Assembly (NCBI GenBank): GCA_039028875.1
Contig: JBCCHE010000002.1
Coordinates: forward strand, 98,345 to 162,344
Direction of reading: 5' to 3'
Origin: Myxococcota bacterium
GTDB lineage: Bacteria; Myxococcota_A; Polyangia; Polyangiales; Houyiibacteriaceae
Length of the DNA: 64,000 nucleotides
Part shown: piece after piece, positions 46,092 through 55,675 of the stretch
How positions within the stretch are numbered: the first letter of the stretch is position 1
How the letters are laid out: every line of letters starts with the position of its first letter
Notes under the pieces: model-generated
The model's database searches: none
The model's input: the letters and a program-made list of their open reading frames with translations, nothing else
What the model was told of the DNA's origin: nothing
Position numbers and translations under genes: made by a program

Positions 46092-47594
46092 ATGAACTGG
46101 AGACTACTTACGAGTGTCGCCCTCGTGGCGGCGCTGAGCATCGTCGGTTGTAGCGACGATTCGGACAATGGAACCGGTGGCGCTGGCGGCGACGGCGGAA
46201 GCGGCGGCGCTGGCGGAAGCGCGCCCAAGGGCTGCGACGACATCCCGGATACCACCTCGTACATCGTGCAAGGTGCACCCGAGACGTCGAGCGAAGACTG
46301 CACGCCGGAGCTCACGCTGGACGCGACCGGCGCAAACGATCAGGCGCAGATTCTCGAGGCGATCGAGCAGGCCGGCAGCAACGGCGTCGTGTGTCTGAAC
46401 GCTGGCGAGTACGTGATGGGTGGCACCGTCGACATCACGACCGCCCCCGGGCTCACGCTCAAGGGCATCGGTGACTCGCCGGACGACGTGGTGCTCGAGT
46501 ACGCCAACGAGTCGGGCGAATGCCAAGGCAACCAAGGCATCAACGTGACCGTCGACGACGTTACGATCGAAAACATGTGGGTCCGGAACACCTGTGAGAA
46601 CGCGGTCGTCCAGCGCGGCACCAACGGCTCGGTGTTCCGCAAAGTGCGCGTGAGCTGGGACGGTACACCGCGTGTCGAGAACGGCGCGTACGGTGTCTAC
46701 CCAACCGACTGCAGCAACACGATCGTCGAGTACTGCCAGACGCAGGGCGCGTCCGATGCAGGCGTCTACGTCGGCAAGTGTGACGGCGGGTCGGTTCACG
46801 ACAACGTCATCTACGAGAACGTGGCAGGCCTCGAGGTCGAGAACTGCCAGAACGTCGAGACTTTCAACAACGAGATCTTCGACAACACCGGCGGCTTGTT
46901 GGCCCTTCAGCAGGACATCTCGAGCGAAATGCAGTCGAACGGCAACGTTCGGCTCTTCGACAACGAAGTCTACTGCAACAACCGCGAGAACTTCGCGCAG
47001 CCGGGGAGCGCCGTATCAGGCATTCCCGTGGGGACGGGCGGTTTGAGCTTCGGTGGTGATGGCATCGAGTTCTTTGGGAACGAGTTTACCGACAACGCTG
47101 CGTTCGCGCTTGGCCTCGCAGCCAATCTGCTCACGTGCCAAGTCGCGAGCTCCGACTGCCCGCCGTACACCGAAGGCTACGACCCGTACGTGCAGAACGT
47201 CTACATCCACGACAACTTCTACGAGAACAACGGCTACAACCCGACGGGCGACTTCGGCGACCTGTTCAACCAGCTCGGATTCGGCGGCGAGGATAACCCA
47301 CCGGTGCCAAACACGGTCTGGGACGGCTACCAGCCACTCGCCTGCGACGACGCAAGCGAAAACGCAGGGGATCCTTGCTTCTCGAACGACGACTGCCCCG
47401 ACGGCGCCTGCGCCGTCGCCGCTAGTGGGCCCAACGACGCTGGCATCTGCCTCGGCACCGACGCCGAGACGGCCTCGAGCATTCTCGTGATTGGCGACCC
47501 GTGCTCCAACCTGTCGCTGAACCTGCTGGAATACGTCGGTTGTGCGCGGATGAACAGCATCGACGTCAACGACGACTTCCTCTGCGCCCCGTAA
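46092..47594 (+). CDS. parallel beta-helix repeat lipoprotein
   Basis: GGAGGAGGAG RBS. Lipobox (LSIVGC) plus a Gly linker. Repeated beta-helix rungs are present (VTIENMWVRNT, SNTIVEYCQTQGASDAGVYVG, VHDNVIYENVAGLEVENCQNVETFNNEIFDNTGG). Confidence 0.85.
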   Translation: MNWRLLTSVALVAALSIVGCSDDSDNGTGGAGGDGGSGGAGGSAPKGCDDIPDTTSYIVQGAPETSSEDCTPELTLDATGANDQAQILEAIEQAGSNGVVCLNAGEYVMGGTVDITTAPGLTLKGIGDSPDDVVLEYANESGECQGNQGINVTVDDVTIENMWVRNTCENAVVQRGTNGSVFRKVRVSWDGTPRVENGAYGVYPTDCSNTIVEYCQTQGASDAGVYVGKCDGGSVHDNVIYENVAGLEVENCQNVETFNNEIFDNTGGLLALQQDISSEMQSNGNVRLFDNEVYCNNRENFAQPGSAVSGIPVGTGGLSFGGDGIEFFGNEFTDNAAFALGLAANLLTCQVASSDCPPYTEGYDPYVQNVYIHDNFYENNGYNPTGDFGDLFNQLGFGGEDNPPVPNTVWDGYQPLACDDASENAGDPCFSNDDCPDGACAVAASGPNDAGICLGTDAETASSILVIGDPCSNLSLNLLEYVGCARMNSIDVNDDFLCAP

Positions 47595-47617
47595 CGGATC
47601 TCTGAAGGGAAGACCCC

Positions 47618-48865
47618 ATGAAGACTCTTAACTTGAATCTGTTCCTTTCCCTGGTCGCGTCGCTAGTCCTCTTTGGGTCTGGCTGCAGCGACGATGGCAC
47701 CGGCATCGGTGCGACAGGTGGCGACGGCGGTACCGGCGGTGCCGGTGGCGCTTCGGGTGCTGGCGGCGCTGGCGGCGCCGCAGGCACGGGCGGAGCAGGC
47801 GGCGATGGCGGCACGGGCGGAACACCGTCCGGCCCGCCGGCGATGTTGTCGGAGTGGGGTCTCTTTTCAGACATCGAAAACCAAGTCCCAGAAGAGGGCG
47901 TCCTCCCGTACGACGTGAGGGCGCCCCTCTACTCGGACGCCGCGGCGAAGCTTCGCTTCCTGCAAATCCCCGAGGGACAGACGATCGAGTACTCGAACAC
48001 GGACCGTTGGGTCCAGCCCGAAGGCTCGATCTACGTCAAGACATTCGCGTACCCGGTCGACGAACGTGATCCCGAACTCGGGCTGCAGCTGATCGAGACC
48101 CGCATCATCGAGTTCAAAGAAGACGGCGAAGTCGATATGTGGACGTACGTCTACCCCGAAGGCGACAACTCAGACGCCGAGCGCATCGCATGGGGCCCCA
48201 CGCTGCCAGTCAGCTACATCAACGCCGAGGGAGAGACCGTAGAGCTCGAGTACGAGGTCCCGAGCTCCGCGGCTTGCCGAGTATGTCACAGCTCAGCGCC
48301 GACCTCGCGGACCCTCGGGCCGTCGACGGGCATGCTCAACATGAACCTCGACTACGGTGGCGAGATCGGCGAGCAGAACCAGGTCGATAGGCTGAACGAG
48401 CTTGGGCTCTTCGACACGGAGCCCCCGCCCGAAGAGGAGCGCACGACCTTCGTGATGGACCCGACCGAAAATACGACCGAAGACCTGCACGACCGGGTTC
48501 GTTCGTACTTCGATTCGAACTGCGGCCACTGCCACGCCGAGGACGGAGAGGCCAACGACAAGGGGCTCTTCCTGACATTCCAGTCGATGGATCCCAGCGA
48601 GCCCGACGCCGACACTTACTTCAGCTGGGGCGTCTGCAAAGATCCTACCTCGGCCGGCAATGGTACGACGTGCGAACAGAGCCTCGATGTCGTGCCCGGA
48701 AAGCCGGAAGAGTCGCTCCTTCTATGCCGCCTACGATCGGTGGCGCCCGGAGAGCTGATGCCACCGCTCGGCCGCACGACGAGCCACGCAGCTGGTGTCG
48801 CCCTCGTCGAAGAGTGGATCGCCGAGCTTCCGAATCTGTTCCCCGACATTCCGACCTGTCAGTAG
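47618..48865 (+). CDS. HNE_0200-family-like lipoprotein with two CxxCH motifs
   Basis: Lipobox (LFGSGC) plus a Gly linker. LSEWGLFSDI....EGVLPYDVRAPLYSDAAAKLRFLQIPEG matches my memory of the family that pairs with two-copy beta-helix proteins. CRVCH and CGHCH haem motifs are present. Confidence 0.75.
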   Translation: MKTLNLNLFLSLVASLVLFGSGCSDDGTGIGATGGDGGTGGAGGASGAGGAGGAAGTGGAGGDGGTGGTPSGPPAMLSEWGLFSDIENQVPEEGVLPYDVRAPLYSDAAAKLRFLQIPEGQTIEYSNTDRWVQPEGSIYVKTFAYPVDERDPELGLQLIETRIIEFKEDGEVDMWTYVYPEGDNSDAERIAWGPTLPVSYINAEGETVELEYEVPSSAACRVCHSSAPTSRTLGPSTGMLNMNLDYGGEIGEQNQVDRLNELGLFDTEPPPEEERTTFVMDPTENTTEDLHDRVRSYFDSNCGHCHAEDGEANDKGLFLTFQSMDPSEPDADTYFSWGVCKDPTSAGNGTTCEQSLDVVPGKPEESLLLCRLRSVAPGELMPPLGRTTSHAAGVALVEEWIAELPNLFPDIPTCQ

Positions 48866-48868
48866 GCA

Positions 48869-49966
48869 ATGCGAATCCAAAACCTCGGCACGTGTCTGGC
48901 ACTGGCTACGGCCCTGCTGGTCACGGGATGCGGTGACGCGTCCGTCCCTCTCGACGGAGGTGCGGGCGGCGGTCCAACCGACCCGCCGCCCACACCGTGG
49001 CCGGTTACCGAGTTTCCGGCGCTTCCGAGCGAGGCGCTCGATGTGCCAGATGCACGCATCCGACTTGGGAACCTCTTGTTCTACGACCCGATCCTCTCGG
49101 TCGATCGGGAGACGGCGTGCGCGACTTGCCACAGCGAGTTCTGGGGCATGAGCGACGCCCTCCCCCTCGCCGTCGGCAACGGCGCGGGCCCTCTGGCTGG
49201 GCCAGGTCGGGAAGGGCCGAACACACTTCGCCGCAATTCCCCAGCGCTCTTCAATTTGGCATTCCGGGAGACACTGCTGTTGGACGGACGCGCACGGACC
49301 CTCGAAGAGCAAGCGCTCATGCCGCTCGAAGCCGAGGACGAGCTAAACCTCGCCCCGGAGGACGCCATCGCCGAACTGATGGCGATCCCCGAGTACGTCG
49401 CCCTCTTCGAGGAGGCATTCCCCGACGACCCCCGGGTCACGACCGCCCACCTCGCCAGCGCCCTCGCCGCGTTCCAGCGCACGTTCGTGTCGGACCGGGC
49501 CGTCTATGATGCGTATGTCCAGGGTGACACCGCCGCGATGTCGGCGGAGGAAGTCGACGGCATGTTTCGGTTTGCCGAGATGGGCTGCAATGACTGCCAT
49601 CGACCGCCTCTCTTCGAATCCGAGCGTTTCGAAAACCGGCAGGTCGCTGGAGCCGATGGCGCGGACGAAGGCCGTGCCGAGGTCACCGGCAACCCCGAGG
49701 ACGCCGGCAAGTTCCGGGTTCCGTCACTCCGAAACGCCTTTGACACCAAGCCCTACTTCCACGACGGCTCGGTCGACAAGCTCGACGACGCCGTCCGGCA
49801 CGAGCTCGAGCAATCGGGCATGCCCTTCGACGAAACCGATGTGGCGGCGATCTCTGGCTTCATCAACCGCTCGCTCCGAGACGACAGCCGCCAAGCCGAT
49901 CGTCCGCAGACCCTTCCAAGCGGCCTGCCGACACCGCTCGACGGCCCGGTCTTCCCCGGCCGGTAG
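48869..49966 (+). CDS. di-haem cytochrome c peroxidase (CCP/MauG family) lipoprotein
   Basis: CATCHSEFWGMSD...RNSPALFN, CNDCHRPPLF and FRVPSLRN...PYFHDGS are the canonical CCP motifs. It starts 3 nt after the previous stop. Confidence 0.9.
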   Translation: MRIQNLGTCLALATALLVTGCGDASVPLDGGAGGGPTDPPPTPWPVTEFPALPSEALDVPDARIRLGNLLFYDPILSVDRETACATCHSEFWGMSDALPLAVGNGAGPLAGPGREGPNTLRRNSPALFNLAFRETLLLDGRARTLEEQALMPLEAEDELNLAPEDAIAELMAIPEYVALFEEAFPDDPRVTTAHLASALAAFQRTFVSDRAVYDAYVQGDTAAMSAEEVDGMFRFAEMGCNDCHRPPLFESERFENRQVAGADGADEGRAEVTGNPEDAGKFRVPSLRNAFDTKPYFHDGSVDKLDDAVRHELEQSGMPFDETDVAAISGFINRSLRDDSRQADRPQTLPSGLPTPLDGPVFPGR

Positions 49967-49968
49967 TA

Positions 49969-50137
49969 TTTAGAGCGTCTCTGACCAACGGCTCGGTCGG
50001 TCTTGCGGCCTGATGGCACGATCTGCGCCCATCCCCTCACGCTCGAAGATGCGCTGCATCTCCTCGGTTCGCGGACGGCGCATCTCGCACCATCAGGCCG
50101 CAAGCCCTCGGTCGCCGTCGATCAGAGACGCTCTAGA
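49969..50137. repeat. 169-bp element with 48-bp imperfect terminal inverted repeats (large hairpin / MITE-like)
   Basis: The left arm (49969-50016) and the reverse complement of the right arm (50090-50137) match at 38/48 positions by hand count. The outer block AGAGCGTCTCTGA and the inner block CTTGCGGCCTGATGG are perfect. It lies between convergent genes. Confidence 0.6.
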
Positions 50138-50162
50138 GTTCTCTTCGGCTGTTGGGTGTGCG

Positions 50163-51824
50163 TTAGAGGAGGAGGTGGCTCTCGGCCAGGGTGGGTTCGT
50201 CTTGCACGAGGTCTACGTGCGAACGGGCGAACCGGTTCGCCACTTGAAGCGCGCGGTCGCCTCGGTCGTGGTCGAGGGCCCATTGCGCGTGGTCGACCAA
50301 GAGCGCCAACTCGAGTGCGCGGCCGACCGTCATCGCGAAGCGTCGCGCGCCCGCCTCGAGCTCCGGCCGATCTTCGACGGCGCGTTGCAACCAGTGTCCG
50401 GCATGTTCGGCGGCCGCGCGCGCCACCTTTACCGCTTTGGAAAGCCGTCGGTCGTTTGCCGCGGAGAGCCGCATCGACATCTCGTCGAGGTACGCCTCCC
50501 AAACGCCTTCCTGCCGAAGTACCTTCAAGGCGTCGAGCGACAGCACGTTGGTCGTGCCCTCCCAGATCGACAACACCTGCGCGTCGGCGAGCAGCCTCGG
50601 AAGGCCCGTGTCGTTCACGTAGCCCGCACCGCCGAAGCACTCGAGCGCCTCCGACGACAGGCTGACGACCTGTTTGCCCGTAGTGAGCTTGGCGATCGAG
50701 GTCAGTAGCCGAAGGGCGAGCTCCTCGGATGGCGTTGCTTCGCCGCTTTCGACGCGGCCGAGGAGCTCGACGAGCCGAAACGCGAGCAGGAACGCGCCCT
50801 CGGTCTCGGCGACCATCCCGCCGAGCGTGTCCACGTGGAGGGGCATCTCGTGCAGAGGCTGCCCAAACACTTTGCGACGACGGGCGTAGTCGATCGCGAG
50901 CGCCACGGGCCGGCGCATTCCGTAGGCAGCGCCCACCGCGTTCCACGTGCGGGTCACATTGAGCATGGGTGTGATCGAACGTACGCCGTTTTCGAGACCC
51001 GCCACCGGGATCGCCGGCGTGCCTTGCAAGTTGAGCTCTGCGGTCGGGAGCTTTCGGGTTCCAAACTTGTCTTTGAGCCGGTTCACTTGGATGTTTCGGA
51101 GGTTCCCGGCGTCGTCGCGGAGCTCGAGGTAGAACACCGCAAGGCCCCGGCCTCCCGGCGGATTGCCTTCGGGTCGCGCGAGGGTGATCGCGATCTCGGA
51201 AGTCGTTGCTGACGTAAACCACTTGGTGCCGTGGAGCCGCCAACTGTCGCCATCGCGTCGTGCGACGGTTTCGGTCTGACTGACATCCGACCCGCCGATG
51301 CGCTCGGTCATCCACTGACCCGAAGTCCACATCAACGCGGGATCACGAGACAGCAAGCGAGGGACCGCGTGATCGATGAGCGCTTGATTGCCCGAATCGA
51401 TGAGCGTCCGCGCGGCCCCATCGGTCATTGCCAGGGGACACGAATAGGTGTCCATCGACGCTTGCACGAGGTAGTTCATCACGTGCTGGTGCGTTCGCGC
51501 GTACGGACCGAGCGCCTTGTCGTAGCCCGCGGCGACCAGCCCGTGCTCGGCCGAGATGACCTGGGCGCGCTTCCACACATCGGTGACTTCAATCCGGTCG
51601 ATGCGATGCCCCCATGCGTCCCACTCGATGTGCCGAGGTTCGTTCAAGCGGTCCGCGAGCGAAGCTCGGTAGAGTTCGCCGCCACTGAGGTCCCCGAGGG
51701 CACGGTATTCGGATTCGTGCGCATCGAAGATTTCGGCAGGCAGGGTTCGGGCGAGGTACTCCTGCAGTAGCGGGTCGGAATCGTATTGATTTCCGAGGGT
51801 TGGGGGCTCTTGGTAGAAGTTCAT
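50163..51824 (-). CDS. AidB-like acyl-CoA dehydrogenase
   Basis: 553 aa. ..CPLAMTDGAARTL.., GQWMTERIGGSDVSQTET.A......W.L.G.KWFTSA and the C-terminal GGAGYV are typical of the AidB/ACAD10-like subgroup. Confidence 0.9.
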   Translation of the reverse strand: MNFYQEPPTLGNQYDSDPLLQEYLARTLPAEIFDAHESEYRALGDLSGGELYRASLADRLNEPRHIEWDAWGHRIDRIEVTDVWKRAQVISAEHGLVAAGYDKALGPYARTHQHVMNYLVQASMDTYSCPLAMTDGAARTLIDSGNQALIDHAVPRLLSRDPALMWTSGQWMTERIGGSDVSQTETVARRDGDSWRLHGTKWFTSATTSEIAITLARPEGNPPGGRGLAVFYLELRDDAGNLRNIQVNRLKDKFGTRKLPTAELNLQGTPAIPVAGLENGVRSITPMLNVTRTWNAVGAAYGMRRPVALAIDYARRRKVFGQPLHEMPLHVDTLGGMVAETEGAFLLAFRLVELLGRVESGEATPSEELALRLLTSIAKLTTGKQVVSLSSEALECFGGAGYVNDTGLPRLLADAQVLSIWEGTTNVLSLDALKVLRQEGVWEAYLDEMSMRLSAANDRRLSKAVKVARAAAEHAGHWLQRAVEDRPELEAGARRFAMTVGRALELALLVDHAQWALDHDRGDRALQVANRFARSHVDLVQDEPTLAESHLLL

Positions 51825-51896
51825 ATTACTGACGCTAGCATTGAGTGCGTTTCAGGGAAATCTCGGAGGTACGGCGCTAAGTGCTAGAGATCTCCC

Positions 51897-53852
51897 ATGA
51901 TCCCGATCAAAGTCGCGGCTGGGTCGCTCAACCAGACGCCCCTCGACTGGGTGGGCAATCAGCGCCGGATCGAAGCGGTGTTGGCCGAGGCTCGCCGTCA
52001 AGAGGTCGGTCTCCTTCTCTTGCCCGAACTTTGTACCACAGGATACGGCTGCGAGGACGCCTTCCTCGGCCCAGACGCCGCAGCGCGCGCGTGGCAGATG
52101 CTGCGCGCGCTGCAGCCACAGACCCGCGGCATGGCCGTGAGCCTCGGGATTCCGGTACGCCGCCGCGGCGGCCTCTACAACACCGCCTGCCTGCTCGTCG
52201 ACGGCAAGATCACGGGATTCGTCGCCAAGGAGCACCTGGCGGGGGAAGGTCTCCACTACGAACCGCGTTGGTTTAAGCCGTGGCCGAACGACCAAGTCGT
52301 GTCGCTCGAACGGGATGGCGAGCACTACCCGTTTGGCGATGTCTTCTTCGACGTCGGTGGGGTCCGGATCGGTTTCGAGATCTGCGAGGACGCGTGGGTC
52401 GCACAACGGCGTGGTGCGCTCGACGGCCACGCGATGGATCTGCTTCTGAACCCAAGCGCGAGCCACTTCGCGTTTGGCAAGCACGAAGTTCGAGAGCGAC
52501 TCGTCCTCGAAGGGTCCCGATCGATGGCGGTCGGATACCTCTACGCCAACCTGCTCGGCAACGAAGCCGGGCGTGTCATCTATGATGGTGGTTGCTACGT
52601 CGCCCAAAACGGATCGCTCCTCGCCAGGTCCTCGCGATTGACGTTCGACGATTGGACGTTGACGACCGCCACCCTCGACATCGAGGCGTCCCGGACGGAG
52701 CAGGTCCGGACCCGAAGCTTCAAAGCCGACAGTCATGACCCGGGGGACAAACGGGTCACCGTCGATTTCGAATTCCCGCGCGCCTCGATGGAACGTTCCA
52801 CGCCGAGCCTCGCGGCTTGGGAAACCTCCGAGAGCCACAAAGAAGAAGAGTTCACCCGTGCGCTTACACTCGCCCTGTTCGACTACCTCCGAAAGAGCCA
52901 CTCTCGCGGGTTCGTGCTGAGCATCAGCGGCGGCGCCGACTCCGCCGCCGCGGCGTGTCTGGTGGCCCTGATGGTCGATCGCGCACGTGAAGCCCTGGGG
53001 AACGACGCGTTTGCGGACAAGCTCGGTCTCGAACCGCTTGGAGACGCCAAGGCCTGGGTCGCCGAACTCCTTTGCTGCGCATACCAACGCACCGAGAACA
53101 ACGGCCCGGTCACCGAGAACGCCGCCACGACGATCGCCCGAGCACTCGGCGCGACGTACTACGTGCTCGACGTCCAGGCGCTGGTCGACACATATGTGGG
53201 CATGATCGGCGACGCGACGGGTCGCGCCCTCAACTGGGAAGACGACGACCTCACCCTTCAGAACATCCAAGCGCGGGTTCGTGCGCCAAGCGTGTGGATG
53301 CTCGCGAACATGCGCCGTTCGCTTTTGCTCTCGACCAGCAATCGTTCGGAAGCTGCCGTGGGCTACGCGACGATGGATGGGGACACCGCCGGCGGCCTCA
53401 GCCCTATCGCGGGCATCGACAAGGCGTTCTTGCGCCACTGGCTCACCTGGCTCGAAACCAAAGGCCCAACCGGGATGCGCGCGATCCCGGAGCTCTCGGC
53501 GATCAACGTGCAAGCGCCCACGGCCGAGCTCCGCCCCCTCGACCAGAACCAAACCGACGAAGGTGATCTGATGCCTTATCCGGTGCTCGACGCGATCGAG
53601 CGACTGGCGATTGGCGACAAGCTTCCTCCCGTCGACTGCCTCGAGATCCTCCGGAGTGAGTTCGAGGCTTACGACGAGGCCACGCTGCGCACATGGGTGA
53701 AGCGGTTCTTTCGACTGTGGTCCCGGAACCAATGGAAGCGAGAGCGCTACGCCCCCTCGTTTCACGTGGACGACAAGAACCTCGACCCGAAGACGTGGTG
53801 CCGGTTTCCGATCCTCTCGGGCGGGTTCGAGCTCGAGCTATCGGAGCTTTGA
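51897..53852 (+). CDS. nadE: glutamine-dependent NAD+ synthetase
   Basis: An N-terminal CN-hydrolase domain (..LLLLPELCTTGYGCED..) and a C-terminal NAD synthetase domain with the P-loop FVLSISGGADSAA. Confidence 0.9.
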   Translation: MIPIKVAAGSLNQTPLDWVGNQRRIEAVLAEARRQEVGLLLLPELCTTGYGCEDAFLGPDAAARAWQMLRALQPQTRGMAVSLGIPVRRRGGLYNTACLLVDGKITGFVAKEHLAGEGLHYEPRWFKPWPNDQVVSLERDGEHYPFGDVFFDVGGVRIGFEICEDAWVAQRRGALDGHAMDLLLNPSASHFAFGKHEVRERLVLEGSRSMAVGYLYANLLGNEAGRVIYDGGCYVAQNGSLLARSSRLTFDDWTLTTATLDIEASRTEQVRTRSFKADSHDPGDKRVTVDFEFPRASMERSTPSLAAWETSESHKEEEFTRALTLALFDYLRKSHSRGFVLSISGGADSAAAACLVALMVDRAREALGNDAFADKLGLEPLGDAKAWVAELLCCAYQRTENNGPVTENAATTIARALGATYYVLDVQALVDTYVGMIGDATGRALNWEDDDLTLQNIQARVRAPSVWMLANMRRSLLLSTSNRSEAAVGYATMDGDTAGGLSPIAGIDKAFLRHWLTWLETKGPTGMRAIPELSAINVQAPTAELRPLDQNQTDEGDLMPYPVLDAIERLAIGDKLPPVDCLEILRSEFEAYDEATLRTWVKRFFRLWSRNQWKRERYAPSFHVDDKNLDPKTWCRFPILSGGFELELSEL

Positions 53853-54719
53853 GCGGGCCAGGTCTACCGCCCGGTGGATCTCATCGCGCACGAGGTCTGG
53901 GCGTTCCATCGTCATGAAGTGAGACGCATCCGCGAGGTTGAGCAGCCGTGTTTCGGGGCGCGTGCGCATGAAGGCGTCCCGAGACGCGTTCGGCAGAGGA
54001 GGCCCGTCTCCCTGTCGCGCGAACAACGTAGTGGGGCACCGGAGCTTGCGGACGTGCCGAAACGGACGTGCGGTGGCCATCGCGAACACGCGGCTCTCCC
54101 ACTCGCGGGCGCAGCTCAGTCGGACACCGTCCTCGGTCGGGATGGTGCCTCCTTCGACGTACGCCTCGATCCATTCCCGAGGCCACGTCCGAAAGGCACC
54201 TTTGCCGACGAAGTTGTCGACGGCGGCCTCCTTGGACGGAAAGTCCATCCGACGTTTGGACGCGGCGCGGGCGATGGGGATTTGCGGCGTGAGCCCCACG
54301 GCCCGTACGGCCGCGACGGTCCACCCAAGCCGCGGCGGAGGCATCACCGGGTCGACGAGAACGAGCGCCGCAACATCCTCCGGGTGATGGGCCGCGACCG
54401 CCAAGCTGACCGTTCCTCCCATCGAATGGCCAGCCAGGACCACCGGCCGGCGCACCGTCGCGAGCCACGACGCGAGGTCTGCCTCGAAAGGCTTCCAGGA
54501 CCGAAGCTCCCCCGGCACCGCGCGGGCCTGGGACAACCCATGACCGCGCGCATCCATCGCGAAGAGATCGATGGCGGGGTCGAGCGTCTCGAAGAGCGGC
54601 GCGTACGTGTACGCGTTGAAACCTGTCGCGTGCGCGAAGTGCAAGACGACTTGGCGGTCGCCCTGGGCAGGGCGACGAATCAGCGAGAACTCTCCGAACG
54701 ACTCCCTCCGCAGGGTCAC
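53838..54719 (-). CDS. alpha/beta hydrolase
   Basis: VLHFAHATGF..., the nucleophile elbow LAGHSMGG, and the C-terminal ASHFMTMERPD. There is a 15-nt convergent overlap with nadE. Confidence 0.85.
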   Translation of the reverse strand: MTLRRESFGEFSLIRRPAQGDRQVVLHFAHATGFNAYTYAPLFETLDPAIDLFAMDARGHGLSQARAVPGELRSWKPFEADLASWLATVRRPVVLAGHSMGGTVSLAVAAHHPEDVAALVLVDPVMPPPRLGWTVAAVRAVGLTPQIPIARAASKRRMDFPSKEAAVDNFVGKGAFRTWPREWIEAYVEGGTIPTEDGVRLSCAREWESRVFAMATARPFRHVRKLRCPTTLFARQGDGPPLPNASRDAFMRTRPETRLLNLADASHFMTMERPDLVRDEIHRAVDLARSKLR

Positions 54720-55537
54720 GACTCGGGATTGATCCTCTTGAAGACACGCCCGACGATGCCGTCGGTCGTGGCAGGCATGAACCGTTTGAGCGCGTCAGCG
54801 ACCCGGGTTTCGGTGGTGATCAGCACACGCGGGGAGTTGTACTCGATCGCTTTGACCACCCGAGCAGCGACCACGTCGGGCGAGGTCCCAAGGCGATCGA
54901 AGAGGCGTTGTGTGTTCTGCCGAACCGCCTCGGACGTCGTCAGTAAGCGCGCGTCGCGGACGATGTTGGTTTGGATGGTCCCAGGATGGACCGACGTCAC
55001 GCCGATGCGATCGTCCGCAAGCTCGAGACGGAGCGATTCGCTGAAGCCGCGGATGGCGAACTTCGTGGCCACATAGCTCGTTTGGAGTGGCGGGGCGATG
55101 ATGCCGAAGACGCTCGACAGGTTGACGATGTGCCCTTCCCCGGCCGCGCGAAAGTGCGGCACGAAGTACTTGCAGCCGTACACCACGCCCCAGAAGTTCA
55201 CGCCGACGACCCACTCGAAGTCGTCGAGGCTTTGGTCTTCGAACGAGGCGATGATCGTCACGCCCGCGTTGTTGACCAGGACATGCGCGGCGCCGTGCAC
55301 CGACACTACGTCGTCGGCGAAACGGGCCATCTGCTCGCGATCCGACACATCGACGTGATGCGTCGTCACGGTCACGCCCTCCCGCTCGAGCTCCGCCGCG
55401 AGGTCATCGAGCGAATCCTGATTGACGTCACAAAGGGCCAATCGGCAGCCCTTCGCTCCAAGCGCAAGCGCCGTTTCCCGGCCGATCCCGCTACCGGCCC
55501 CCGTCACCACCGCTACTTTCCCGCCAAGCTCCCGCAT
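54716..55537 (-). CDS. SDR-family oxidoreductase
   Basis: Trimmed to the ATG at 55537. KVAVVTGAGSGIGRETA, NNAG and the Y..TK catalytic motif (SYVATKFAIRG) are present. Its stop overlaps the downstream start. Confidence 0.9.
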   Translation of the reverse strand: MRELGGKVAVVTGAGSGIGRETALALGAKGCRLALCDVNQDSLDDLAAELEREGVTVTTHHVDVSDREQMARFADDVVSVHGAAHVLVNNAGVTIIASFEDQSLDDFEWVVGVNFWGVVYGCKYFVPHFRAAGEGHIVNLSSVFGIIAPPLQTSYVATKFAIRGFSESLRLELADDRIGVTSVHPGTIQTNIVRDARLLTTSEAVRQNTQRLFDRLGTSPDVVAARVVKAIEYNSPRVLITTETRVADALKRFMPATTDGIVGRVFKRINPES

Positions 55538-55675
55538 ATCGGCCTCCGCGGGTGACCGTACCGGCGCCTCCCCACAGCGCAACCCCGAAAAACGCGTCGG
55601 TCACTTTCCTGCGCGCCACGGTCGAAACCCGGTTGAGCGACGAGCCGGGCGCAGAGTCTGGTATCCTCCGGGTCG

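Noticed and set aside
46150-47830. Repetitive GGCGG/GGTGG-rich DNA at the 5' ends of 46092 and 47618 (and at 12780-12850), considered as possible CRISPR-like or VNTR repeats
   Set aside because: These are irregular Gly-linker coding regions after lipoboxes, without a fixed unit or spacers. Only 12337-12462 is a true tandem repeat.
50122-51330. 402-aa Arg-rich ORF on the minus strand, plus the + strand ORFs 50003..50665 and 50013..50708
   Set aside because: They are off-frame or antisense to the acyl-CoA dehydrogenase gene. Their 5' ends are created by the inverted-repeat element at 49969-50137 (mirror-image MRPDG... peptides).
51852-53765. 637-aa ORF on the minus strand
   Set aside because: It is antisense to nadE, which has clear CN-hydrolase and NAD-synthetase motifs. 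It has no recognisable motifs and shadow-ORF composition.
53874-55076. 400-aa + strand ORF and the 288-aa ORF 53881..54747 (-)
   Set aside because: They are antisense or off-frame to the alpha/beta hydrolase and SDR genes, which both carry canonical motifs.
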